Shown here: piece after piece, positions 42,228-55,026 of the stretch
How the letters are laid out: each line of letters starts with the position of its first letter
Position numbering within the stretch: the stretch's first letter is position 1
Source: Eledone cirrhosa
Taxonomy: Eukaryota
Assembly: GCA_964016885.1 (NCBI GenBank)
Contig: OZ024740.1
Location: 200,198,001 to 200,262,000, forward strand
Direction: 5' to 3'
Length of the DNA: 64,000 bases
Notes under the pieces: generated by a model
Told to the model about the DNA's origin: nothing
Database searches by the model: none
The model's input: only the letters and a program-made list of their open reading frames with translations
Position numbers and translations under genes: made by a program

Positions 42228-42416
42228 TGTTTCTACTTCTTGGCACAAGGCCAGCAAATTAACCAGTGTATTATTGGTACTTTATTTTATCGACCCCGTA
42301 AGGATGAAAGGCAAAGTTAACCTCGGCAGGATTTGAACTCAGAATGGCAAGGGCCGTAACTCTATGCGTCAAAGCATGGCATCCGACCCTCTACCGATAC
42401 TGCCAATCCACCGCCC
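42228..42416 (-). mobile_element. Full-length tRNA-derived SINE with a Meta-core-like central domain
   Basis: A box TGGCAGTATCGG, B box GAGTTCAAATCC, core GCCTTTCATCCTTACGGGGTCGATAAAAT; (TAA)n flanks. Confidence 0.88.
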
Positions 42417-44489
42417 TTTTAATAATAATAATGTCCGTTTACAATTGTTTCGCTACTCCATATAATATTTCTGGATCAAATAATTATAGAACATTATTGA
42501 TCTGGTTCAGTTGAAAATAATTAACATAGGTAAAAATAGAGCAGCAGGGCCCAACTGTTCAATGGACGAAGAAAATCGTGTGCACTCTGTCTTACCGAAG
42601 CATACTACATAACTCTATCACGACCTCTACCGATCAACGATAGAACGGAGGTAACTATTAGCTGTCAACATCGAAGGGCTAATTCCTTCGCCAATAGAAT
42701 ATTTGACCCAACATCTAGCCCCATTTTTTCTTGTAGCTAAAAAGTTAAATGGCTATAGCCTACTTAGATAATTATAAGTTACCTCCCTTACATTTTCTCT
42801 CAATTAAAAAATTAAAAATTTAGCATTTAACTATAAACTACCCACAATTTATAATCTCTCGAGAGGTACTTCCTCTGAAACCACCCTCTAATTAGTAAGG
42901 TAAATATGTCCATTGGCGGCCATCTTGTTACCCATAGGCAGATCTCACACAATGCAGCCTCGACAGAAGAATACCCGAAAAGGAGAACTGGTCAACATCG
43001 TTGCTTCCGAAGCCGCAGTCTTTTTTTTTCAGAGTTTCCCTCTCCTAGAAAGGTGTAGTGACAACAACTTGGGGCCTTTCACTCCCAGGTGAAAAAGAAA
43101 GTACTATCTGGATGGCCGTTGCCGGGTTCTCTTCATACTAACCACACAACTACCCTAAATATCGATTACTGTTGGTCCACGTGGTATCTTAACACACCCT
43201 TAACATATATATAGTATATTTTATAATACACTGTATGTTTATTTAAAAACATTTTGAAGACCATTCGCTATGAGTTTTAAAGTATTGACTACGTCACTTA
43301 CTTGGTCTCGGCAAAGGGAAGCCACCGACGGCCATTTCTCGCTCGCTCATTTGCGGTTGTCAAGGTTTCATATCCCTTCGTTTCTGCCGATTTCGATGAT
43401 ACCCATTATTCAACAGCTATGATCTTATTCGTTGATATGTTCAGATCCAGAATGTCGTCTTAATCCTCTAAGGAACTGAAAACATGATTTAGAATTAACG
43501 AATTCCAGCGTCCAAAGGTCATACCTTCACCACATTGGTCAGATATCATATCAACACCCCAGCCGAAAGTCTATTGAAATTCTTCGCTCAGTTATCCTAG
43601 ATATACGTCAACCTGTTAGGGTTGCTTTTTTAATTGCATATATATTATGTTCCAGTTGACCTACTTTCCTGTAGTGGTAGTGGTCTGAGCAGGTCAGTTA
43701 GCAGGTCAATCACTATCACCCTGTTGTGGTGGTATTCCGGCTTTTAAGGAAGAATTTATGTAAGTAAACTGATATGTGTTCCTCTCGTGGGTTTAGTGCT
43801 TCTCAATATCATTAAGTCTTATAGTGGGAGATGCTATAACTGTGTGTTAAAACCTATACCGGTTAAAATCTAGAAATGTTAAAAATTATAATCTATATTT
43901 TATACATTTAGTACACACTCGTCAATTTAGTACGCCCATACGTTCACACACGTATACAAATAAACATAGGTGTACACACATTCCTACATCTATACATGCA
44001 CATACAGCCGTAGCTAAACGCGACTGCCTACACATATATACACGCACACACACATGTACATACACACACATACGTGCACACAGACACAGACGCATATGTC
44101 CTCTCAAGGTGGGAGAGGAGGTAATAGGTGTGTCTTATTTACTTGTAATAGTTAGTAGTGACATTTGCATGCGAAAGGGATAAGACCTGAGGTAGCATAT
44201 CTTTCGGACAACCGGATAATAATAGTTTATAAACGAAAGATATATACCTTATATTATCTCTATTTATTTCATTGTATATATTTCAAAGATGCAATGTTTT
44301 ATGTATAACAGAAACCAAAGGTATTTTGTCTGAATATGACATGTTTTGGTTTATGTTATACATAAAACTTTGCATCTTCGAAATGTATATATAATGAAAT
44401 AAGTAGAGATGAGAGATCATATAATGTATATATCTTTCGTTTATTATACTTTGAGTCCCAGTCATTGATGTTATTTAACTGGAAAGTTT

Positions 44490-45385
44490 GTTGAAATGAA
44501 TATCAAGCCGCTACCTGCAGCATCAGATAACAGGACGTATCGGAGGGTTCTTGTTGTTCCCAGCAAGCATGCCTTTTGAAGTGTTCCAAAAGCGGGGCTG
44601 GACTAATCTTCTTTAACCATCCTTGGAAACTCTTTGAGATAGTACCTAGTGCGCCTATGACAATAGGGACGCCCTTGATTTCATGGCAGTTCCAAATCCT
44701 TTTTAACCCCCACTTTAATTCCTGGTTTCGGTTAATTTTCTCCCTCTCCTTTTCTTGCAATCTCGTGTCAAATGGGTAGGCTGCATCTACAATCAGACAC
44801 GATCATTTTTTCTTGCCCAAAACCACCAGGTCAGGCCTAGTATGTTCTAATGTCTTGTCCGTCTGTATCCTAAAATCCCATAGCACCTTCACCTGATCGT
44901 TTTCTATCACTCTGGCTTATGCTCATACCACTTCTCAGAATGTGGTGAATTGTTTACTTTGCAAAGATGCCAGTGAATCACCCTGCTTAAAACATCATGT
45001 CTCCAGCCTTTATAGTGAGTCTGTGCTAACTGTTTACACTCAGATACAATGTGAGCCACACACACATCTCTCTCTCCACAGATCCTACACAGTGAGTTAC
45101 TCTTCTCCTTGTCAATATGCTGTTTCACCCACTTCGTTTTGAGGTATTACTCTTGCGCAGCCATTAGCATTCCTTCTGTAGCTTTTTTAAGGTCTCCTCA
45201 TTTTAACCAGTTCCATGTCTGTGGATCTCTAAATTCAGTTTTCTTAAAGAAGGTACTATGAAGGGATTTTTAATGAAGGTTGCTCCTCCCCCTTGTTGTT
45301 ATTTCCTCCTTGGACATCCCCTGGTCTATTGTCTTCTCCTTCAGTACAATTTTGATCATTGGCTCCGTACTGTCAGTCACATATT
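44490..45385 (-). mobile_element. Old diverged R4/Dong-like RLE LINE, 3' fragment
   Basis: CRICGERDVCVAHIVSEC, RHD..IHWHLC..WYEHKPE, VPIVIGALG; multiple stops. Confidence 0.85.
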
Positions 45386-45387
45386 TG

Positions 45388-45422
<35 letters not shown>

Positions 45423-45423
<1 letters not shown>

Positions 45424-48400
45424 TGCATTTATCTTGCTTTATGTTCATACGAGTTATCACCAAGTCACAACCAGTGACCTCAAGAGACAACAAGGTCCGC
45501 CATGTTCAAGGAAGAACATACATATTCACACATGCATCCTTAGTGTTTAGACTTGTGATGTACTTATATTGACAGGATCTTCCTTAGTATATGGGCAGTT
45601 CCCATTAGTACTATCTTTTGTATTTCTCCTATACGCGGGTTTCCTGGGATTTGCGATAAGTAGTCGTTAGACCCCTTAGGTATCATTCCCAGAGCGCCTA
45701 CAACCACTGGTATTGTTTTAGTTCTCAATTTCCACATTTTTCCAATTTCTATCTCCAGGTCCTTATACTTGCTCAATTTTTCAAATGTTTTTATAGATAC
45801 ATTCTTGTCTATTTGAACAGACATATCAATTAGCAGGCATACCCTCCTTTGAAAGTCCTTCAATATTATATCAGGTCTATTTGCATCTATTTTTCGGTCT
45901 GTTTGGATGCTAAAGTTCCACAAGATTGAGATGTGATCTTTTTCAAGTATGGGAGGTGGTTGATGCTCCCACCAATTCTTTTGATGGGGCAGGACAAAAT
46001 GCTTACACATTATCCAATGTATGTATTGTGCAGCTCTGTCATGCCTGTTTCGGTATTCGGTTGGAGCTATAGGACTGCACATTGAAATAATATGGTCAAT
46101 GGTCTCTGGTTGTTTTTTGCATACACGGTATAATGGGCAGCACCCATTTTTTATTATGTTGGCTTGGTAATTTTTTGTTGGCAGACACTGATCTTGTGCC
46201 GATATAATCAGTCCTTCAGTCTCCGATTTCAGTCCAGAGGATGCCAACCACTGATGGGTTAAAGTTTTGTCAACATCAGGATTGTAAGCTCGCTCTGGGT
46301 ATTTTCCATACAGAGGCTTTTCTTGCCATTTCTTAGCCAGTTTCTGTAGCAGTTCTTTCTTTGCAGTTACTTTTACCTGCTTTGCTTTTTCTGTGTTTTC
46401 CATTTCAGCAGTAAATGAGACTTCTGAAATTTGTAGTCCATTACTGTATCTTTGTGCATCTTTTGTAATGGAATATGATCTTTTGGTGCTTTCGTGTTTC
46501 AAAACGAGTTTGATCATCCAATCATGTGATTCCCTTAGATATGTGGATAATCCAATTGTTGCAGTTTTCAACGCAATGTCTAACTGGATTAACCCACGTC
46601 CTCCTTCTTTCCTAGGGAGATATATTCTATCTATGTCTGCCTTAGGGTGATGCATTCTGTGCATGGTTAAAAATTTTCGGATTTTTGTATCGAGCCTACG
46701 GATCTCTGTGCTTGACCAGTTGATGACATTGTAACTGTAGGTTACTACTGGTATGGCAAGCGTGTTTATGGCATCGATCCTATTCCTTGCATTCAATTCC
46801 GTTCTTAATATTGCTCTGACTCTGCGGTAACATTCCTTCCTTATCCTTTCCTTCATTGTCGAGTGCTTGATTCCGTCTCCTTCACAAACACCTAGATATT
46901 TGTAAGTTTTTTCTTGATCAGGCTCTCTTATCACGTTCCCCCGATCAAGATTAATGTCTGAACTCTTCAGCAGCTTTCCTCTAGTGAACGTTGCTTTGGC
47001 GCATTTATCCAGTCCAATCTCCATTTTAATGTCATCACTGAACTGCTTCACAGTGGATAATAGCCCTTGCAATTGTTCATCATTTTTTGCAAATAGTTTC
47101 AGGTCATCCATGTAGAACAGGTGATTAATGGTTTTGTTATAGACTCTATATCCATGTTTTGTTTCATTGAGCATTTAACTTAATGGTATAAGTGCGATGC
47201 AGAATAAAAGCGGTGATAAAGAGTCACCCTGAAAAATTCCACAATTAATCTTAACTTCTCCAGCTTCCAGTGATTTTGTTTCACTATTCAAAAGGAGTGT
47301 CGTTCTCCATGTCTTCATACTGAATGACAAAAACCTCCTGACAACGGGGGATATTTTGAAAATCTCTAAACATTTTTCAATCCAACTGTGTGGCAAACTA
47401 TCGAATGCTTTTTTATAATCTATCCAAGCAATCGATAGATTTTTGTGTCTATTATGACAATCTGCCAGTATCATTTTGTTAACCAGAAGCTGATCCTTAC
47501 AGCCATATGAGCCTCGTTTACACTCTTTCTGCTCAATGGGAAATAGGTCATTTGTTATCAGGTGGTCATATGTGTATTCAGTTAGGACTGATGTTAAAAT
47601 TTTATACATTGTGGTCAAGCAGGTTATCGGTCTGTAATTTTTGGGATTGTTTGTCTCATCATTCTTCGGTAGCAGGAATGTAATGCCGTTAACTAGCCAT
47701 GATGGTATCTTTTCTGGCTCCTTAACTATTTCATTGTAAAGTTGGGCTAACAACTTATGAGACTCTGTGAAGGCATTTATACAAAAGTTTTGTATTTTGT
47801 CTTTTCCTGGGGATTTCCATTTGCTGGTTTTTCTTAGAGCCAAGCGCAACTGTTCAACTGTTATATTTTCCCATGTTTGTTCCTCAAGGTGAGCTGTATC
47901 TTTCATTTGTCTGTCTATCCATGGGGCATGTATGTTATGAACTTTTTCTTCGGCCCAGATCTTTTCCCAGAATTCTTGCACTTCCTCCTTGGGTGGTATT
48001 GATTTAGCAGTTATTGTTGACTTACCAATTTTTCTGTAGAAGTTTCTTTGGTTGTTTTTGAACATATTATTGTCCTTATAGAATCTAGATCGTTTTTCAA
48101 AGCGCCTTATACGAGCAGCTTTGGCCGACACTTTTTGCTTGATTGTTTCTATCAGCATGTCTATGTCACATGTTGATCTTATACTGTACTTTTTTTTCAA
48201 TTTTCTAAGTTTAGTTTGTTTAACATGTTCACCTACTTTATAGTTTGTTAAAATTTCTATGTCAGATCGGAGAAGGTTTATTTGGCGATTGATGTTATCT
48301 TGCCAAGTAGATTTCTTGTGGGAATTCCTTTGTTTTTTCATCTTCACTCCACATAAGTGTGTGGTGACTTTAGCCGATGCATAATAGAGATGATTTAAGT

Positions 48401-49378
48401 CAGTAATGTTTAGTTTGTTTGTGATGATAATGTTTTTGAGAATTATGTTAGTCTTGTGTATTATCTTTTGGTTCTGTTTGGAGTTCTGGATCTTAGGGAG
48501 GGTGTCTCGTTGCCCCATGTCAGATTCTTTCATTTTCATCCATTCGATCATAATTTCATCCTTCAAGTTGGCAAGTTCATTCTCATTCATTTCTTTATCA
48601 TTTACGATCTCATTATTTTAATTTGGAATTTCATCCTGAGCATGCACTCCCTCCACTTTTTCGCTCCTTTCTTTAATTTGTTCTGTTGCCAGTGATTCCG
48701 CCCCAACCCTGGGATTCGAAGTGTTACAGTTTACCTCGTTTTCACTGACACATGCTTCATTTTCCCTTCGCTGACTTTGTGCTACTAGCTTGATCTGATC
48801 AATTTCTATATCAGTTAGTAACTTTTTTCTTACAATATTTCTTCGTATATTGGCTAGTTTGTTACTGTCAATATAGCCTCTGTTTTCGGGATGTTTCTTT
48901 TTCCAGTTGATATATGTTTGTTCTGTATTCGATGTATTTGATGGGTAGTACATGGCAGTGTAGAAAGCCTCAAGGACTTCTTTATTATCTTCCCTTGACC
49001 ATTTTTCTCTCTTTTTCTTTGGATTTCTTGGTGGTGAGCATGGAGGGCCAACAGTAGGAGTATTCCGGTTATGGGAGGTCTCCAGCTCCGAAGTGATGGG
49101 AAGGTTTGAACCATTAGCTGATTTTTCGACCCCAGTCTGGTTCCTCTCTGAGGGACGCAGCCCTTTTTTACCCGGGTGACGGCCGATCCGGTATGAGATT
49201 TTATCATTAGACATTTACTTTATTTTGTCGCGTTTTATCCTTATCCGCCAAGGGGTAATCATTTCGTGTTACCACTTCTAGAACGAGTGTCAACCAAAAC
49301 TAGAGGGGTCGTTCTCCCCTAGAGACATGGCTATTCCCCGCCGGCCGCCATCCCAGTATTTCTTGGTCACGGGGTTTT
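45423..49378 (-). mobile_element. R4/Dong-type RLE LINE, full-length copy 1
   Basis: Single reading frame 49214-45564; 3' end abuts (TAA)n; 5' UTR about 165 bp. Confidence 0.93.
45564..49214 (-). pseudogene. RT, CCHC knuckle and RLE polyprotein with two in-frame nonsense codons (48618, 47175)
   Basis: The three track ORFs are in one frame; YRPITCL, WIDYKKAFDS, GIFQGDSLSP, LFYMDD, RHD, RPDII..D..K..KY. Confidence 0.93.
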
Positions 49379-50359
49379 CTTTTTGTTATTTTTTTTTTAA
49401 ATTGTTATTATCATGAGTGGTTCCTTAACGTGAGCATTGCGTGGCTTAAGAATGAAATTATTAATAATTGTCTCCACTCCAGGCACAATCCAGCAATCAC
49501 CCAGTGCATTACAATAATATAATATACTTTTTGTTGTAGTTGGCTGTTATTGTTGTTGGCTATGTCGGTGGTGGTGCCGGGGCTTTTTATATTGTTGGTG
49601 AGGAAGGGGTGAGCCAGCAGTCCCATAATTGCTGATGTAGACCTTTGGCCGGTGGCAAGGTCACCAAGTCAATCTATTTATATCTTTTGCTAGCCTCTCT
49701 CTTGTCTAGTGATACCGCCACCTTCCCTTTTCTCTCTCAAGTCAACAGGGGAATAGTGTCGGTAGCAATGAATGAGTGGTGGCGGCGATGATGGATGCGG
49801 TGGGGTGGTGGCAGCGGTGGTGTTGTAGTTACTGATATAGTATCTATGAGTTTGTGTTCGTATGTTTAATATATATTTTTATTATATTTTGTGTTGACAT
49901 ATTCCCGTAAAATTTGAATTAAACATTTTTTTAAATTTGAGACAATAATAATAGTAATTATTATTATGATGCTGGTGAAATTGCCGTTATCTGGCTGTTA
50001 TATTTAGTGTGATGGGATAGGTAGTGTATCAAGTTTCTGGTGTTGGTGAAATTGAAATTGCTGCTATTTGGCTGTTCTATATAGTGCAGACAGAGGGTGT
50101 TTTGTTCCATTTATAACCATTTTCTTTTTTTGAATACAAAATATATAATACAAAATTGAATATTTGAGCGATACAACAATATAATATGGATCCGAAACTT
50201 TATGGGACCTCATTCGGTGCATTTATGCAACATTTGTGCTAAGAATTGTTCTTTCACAATTGATTTAAATATGTTAAAAATCAAAAACTTACGGGAGCAA
50301 TTTCGTGACGTTCTACCACCTCGTGCGTCTTCTTCCCTTATTATTATTATTATTATTAT

Positions 50360-51207
50360 TTGCATTTATCTTGTTTTATGTTTATACGAGTTATCACCAA
50401 GTCACAACCAGTGACCTCAAGAGACAACAAGGTCCGCCATGTTCAAGAAAGAACATACATATTCACACATGCATCCTTAGTGTTTAGACTTGTGATGTAC
50501 TTATATTGACAGGATCTTCCTTAGTATATGGGCAGTTCCCATTAGTACTATCTTTTGTATTTCTCCTATACGCGGGCTTCCTGGGATTTGCGATAGGTAG
50601 TCGTTAGACCCCTTAGATATCATTCCCAGAGCGCCTACAACCACTGGTATTGTTTTAGTTCTCAATTTCCACATTTTTCCAATTTCTATCTCCAGGTCCT
50701 TATACTTGCTCAGTTTTTCAAATGTTTTTATAGATACATTCTTGTCTATTGGAACAGACATATCAATTAGCAGGCATACCCTCTTTTGAAAGTCCTTCAA
50801 TATTATATCAGGTCTATTTGCATCTATTTTTCGGTCTGTTTGGATGCTAAAGTTCCACAAGATTGAGATGTGATCTTTTTCAAGTATGGGAGGTGGTTGA
50901 TGCTCCCACCAATTCTTTTGATGGGGCAGGTCAAAATGCTTACACATTATCCAATGTATGTATTGTGCAGCTCTGTCATGCCTGTTTAGGTATTCGGTTG
51001 GAGCGATAGGACTGCACATTGAAATAATATGGTCAATGGTCTCTGGTTGTTTTTTGCATACACGGCATAATGGGCTGCACCCATTTTTTATTATGTTGGC
51101 TTGGTAATTTTTTGTTGGTAGACACTGATCTTGTGCGGATATAATCAGTCCTTCAGTCTCCGATTTCAGTCCAGAGGATGCCAACCACTGATGGGTTAAA
51201 GTTTTGT
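50360..51207 (-). mobile_element. R4/Dong-type LINE, 5'-truncated copy 2
   Basis: ORF 50501-51184 is near-identical to the C-terminus of copies 1 and 3; (TAA)n on both sides. Confidence 0.93.
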
Positions 51208-51228
51208 TATTATTATTATTATTATTAT

Positions 51229-54200
51229 TTGCATTTATCTTGCTTTATGTTTATACGAGTTATCACCAAGTCACAACCAGTGACCTCAAGAGACAACAAG
51301 GTCCGCCATGTTCAAGAAAGAACACACATATTCACACATGCATCCTTAGTGTTTAGACTTGTGATGTACTTATATTGACAGGATCTTCCTTAGTATATGG
51401 GCAGTTCCCATTAGTACTATCTTTTGTATTTCTCCTATACGCGGGTTTCCTGGGATTTGCGATAAGTAGTCGTTAGACCCCTTAGGTATCATTCCCAGAG
51501 CGCCTACAACCACTGGTATTGTTTTAGTTCTCAATTTCCACATTTTTCCAATTTCTATCTCCAGGTCCTTATACTTGCTCAATTTTTCAAATGTTTTTAT
51601 AGATACATTCTTGTCTATTGGAACAGACATATCAATTAGCAGGCATACCCTCCTTTGAAAGTCCTTCAATATTATATCAGGTCTATTTGCATCTATTTTT
51701 CGGTCTGTTTGGATGCTAAAGTTCCACAAGATTGAGATGTGATCTTTTTCAAGTATGGGAGGTGGTTGATGCTCCCACCAATTCTTTTGATGGGGCAGGT
51801 CAAAATGCTTGCACATTATCCAATGTATGTATTGTGCAGCTCTGTCATGCCTGTTTAGGTATTCGGTTGGAGCTATAGGACTGCACATTGAAATTATATG
51901 GTCAATGGTCTCTGGTTGTTTTTTGCATACACGGCATAATGGGCTGCACCCATTTTTTATTATGTTGGCTTGGTAATTTTTTGTTGGCAGACACTGATCT
52001 TGTGCGGATATAATCAGTCCTTCAGTCTCCGATTTCAGTCCAGAGGATGCCAACCACTGATGGGTTAAAGTTTTGTCAACATCAGGATTGTTAGCTCGCT
52101 CTGGGTATTTTCCATACAGAGGCTTTTCTTGCCATTTCTTAGCCAGTTTCTGTAGCAGTTCTTTCTTTGCAGTTACTTTTACCTGCTTTGCTTTTTCTGT
52201 GTTTTCCATTTCAGCAGTAAATGGGACTTCTGAAATTTGTAGTCCATTACTGTATCTTTGTGCATCTTTTGTAATGGAATATGATCTTTTGGTGCTTTCG
52301 TGTTTCAAAACGAGTTTGATCATCCAATCATGTGATTCCCTTAGATATGTGGATAATCCAATTGTTGCAGTTTTCAACGCAATGTCTAACTGGATTAACC
52401 CACGTCCTCCTTCTTTCCTAGGGAGATATATTCTATCTATGTCTGCCTTAGGGTGATGCATTCTGTGCATGGTTAAGAATTTTCGGATTTTTGTATCGAG
52501 CCTACGGATCTCTGTGCTTGACCAGTTGATGACATTGTAACTGTAGGTTACTAGTGGTATGGCAAGCGTGTTTATGGCATCGATCCTATTCCTTGCATTC
52601 AATTCCGTTCTTAAGATTGCTCTGACTCTGCGGTAACATTCCTTCCTTATCCTTTCCCTCATTGTCGAGTGCTTGATTCCGTCTCCTTCACAAACACCTA
52701 GATATTTGTAAGTTTGTTCTTGATCAAACTCTCTTATCACGTTCCCCCGATCAAGATTAATGTCTGAACTCTTCAGCAGCTTTCCTCTGGTGAACGTTGC
52801 TTTGGCGCATTTATCCAGTCCAAACTCCATTTTAATGTCATCACTGAACTGCTTCACAGTGGATAATAGCCCTTGCAATTGTTCATCATTTTTTGCAAAT
52901 AGTTTCAGGTCATCCATGTAGAACAGGTGATTAATGGTTTTGTCATAGACTCTATATCCATGTTTTGTTTCACTGAGCATTTTACTTAATGGTATAAGTG
53001 CGATGCAGAATAAAAGCGGTAATAAAGAGTCACCCTGAAAAATTCCACAATTAATGTTAACTTCTCCAGCTTCCAGTGATTTTGTTTCACTATTCAAAAG
53101 GAGTGTCGTTCTCCATGTCCTCATACTGAATGACAAAAACCTCCTGATAACGGGGGATATTTTGAAAATCTCTAAACATTTTTCAATCCAACTGTGTGGC
53201 AAACTATCAAATGCTTTTTTATAATCTATCCAAGCGATCGATAGATTTTTGTGTCTATTATGACAATCTTCCAGTATCATTTTGTTAACCAGAAGCTGAT
53301 CCTTACAGCCATATGAGCCTCGTTTACACCCTTTCTGCTCAATGGGAAATAGGTCATTTGTTATCAGGTGGTCATATGTGTATTCAGTTAGGACTGATGT
53401 TAAAATTTTATACATTGTGGTCAAGCAGGTTATCGGTCTGTAATTTTTGGGATTGTTTGTCTCATCATTCTTCGGTAGCAGGAATGTAATGCCGTTAACT
53501 AGCCATGATGGTATCTTTTCTGGCTCCTTAACTATTTCATTGTAAAGTTGGGCTAACAGCTCATGAGACTCTGTGAAGGCATTTATCCAAAAGTTTTGTA
53601 TTTTGTCTTTTCCTGGGGATTTCCATTTGCTGGTTTTTCTTAGAGCCAAGCGCAGCTGTTCAACTGTTATATTTTCCCATGTTTGTTCTTCAAGGTGAGC
53701 TGTTTCTTTCATTTGTCTGTCTATCCATGGGGCATGTATGTTATGAACTTTTTCTTCGGCCCAGATCTTTTCCCAGAATTCTTGCACTTCCTCCTTGGGT
53801 GGTATTGATTTAGCAGTTATTGTTGACTTACCAATTTTTCTGTAGAAGTTTCTTTGGTTGTTTTTGAACATATTATTGTCCTTATAGAATCTAGATCGTT
53901 TTTCAAAGCGCCTTATACGAGCAGCTTTGGCCGACACTTTTTGCTTGATTGTTTCTATCAGCATGTCTATGTCACATGTTGATCTTATACTGTACTTTTT
54001 TTTCAATTTTCTAAGTTTAGTTTGTTTAACATGTTCACCTACTTTATAGTTTGTTAAAATTTCTATGTCAGATCGGAGAAGGTTTATTTGGCGATTGATG
54101 TTATCTTGCCAAGTAGATTTCTTGTGGGAATTCCTTTGTTTTTTCATCTTCACTCCACATAAGTGAGTGGTGACTTTAGCCGATGCATAATAGAGATGAT

Positions 54201-54786
54201 TTAAGTCAGTAATGCTTAGTTTGTTTGTGATGATAATGTTTTTGAGAATTATGTTAGTCTTGTGTATTATCTTTTGGTTCTGTTTGGAGTTCTGGATCTT
54301 AGGGAGGGTGTCTCGTTCCCCCATGTCAGATTCTTTCATTTTCATCCATTCGATCATAATTTCATCCTTCAAGTTGGCAAGTTCATTTTCATTCATTTCT
54401 TTATCATTTACGATCTCATTATTTTCATTTGGAGTTTCATCCTGAGCATGCACTCCCTCCACTTGTTCGCTCCTTTCTTTAATTTGTTCTGTTGCCAGTG
54501 ATTCCGCCCCAACTCTGGGATTCGAAGTGTTACAGTTTACCTCGTTTTCACTGACACATGCTTCATTTTCCCTTCGCTGACTTTGTGCTACTAGCTTGAT
54601 CTGATCAATTTCTATATCAGTTAGTAACTTTTTTCTTACAATATTTCTTCGTATATTGGCTAGTTTGTTACTGTCAATATAGCCTCTGTTTTCGGGATGT
54701 TTCTTTTTCCAGTTGATATATGTTTGCTCTGTATTCGATGTATTTGATGGGTAGTACATGGCAGTGTAGAAAGCCTCAAGGACTTC

Positions 54787-54790
<4 letters not shown>
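51229..54790 (-). mobile_element. R4/Dong-type LINE, copy 3, slightly 5'-truncated
   Basis: (TAA)n on both sides; collinear with copy 1 up to about position 48987 of that copy. Confidence 0.94.
51370..54790 (-). CDS. Uninterrupted RT plus CCHC plus restriction-like endonuclease frame (about 1140 aa), lacking the native N-terminus
   Basis: YMDD, CRVCKKQPETIDHIISMC, RHD and PD..D..K motifs; the poly-N start in the track comes from the (TAA)n flank. Confidence 0.9.
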
Positions 54791-54835
<45 letters not shown>

Positions 54836-54838
<3 letters not shown>

Positions 54839-54930
54839 GGGTTAACTTTGCCTTTCATCCTTACGGGGTCGATAAAATAAATACCAGCAATGTACTGTTA
54901 ATTGCTGGCCATGTGCCAAAAGTAGAAATA
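54836..54930 (+). mobile_element. SINE 3' half (same family as 42228-42416)
   Basis: GGTTAACTTTGCCTTTCATCCTTACGGGGTCGATAAAAT..GCTGGCCATGTGCCAAAAGTAGAAA. Confidence 0.85.
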
Positions 54931-54978
54931 ATAATAATAATAAATAAAAAAATAAATAATAAATAAAGAAATCATTAT

Positions 54979-55020
<42 letters not shown>

Positions 55021-55026
<6 letters not shown>

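Noticed and set aside
42340-42416. tRNA gene
   Set aside because: The A and B boxes belong to a SINE head; no cloverleaf
54791-54858. MKGKVNPG-poly-N start of the 1162-aa ORF
   Set aside because: Read-through from an antisense SINE and the (TAA)n flank; the true N-terminus is seen in copy 1
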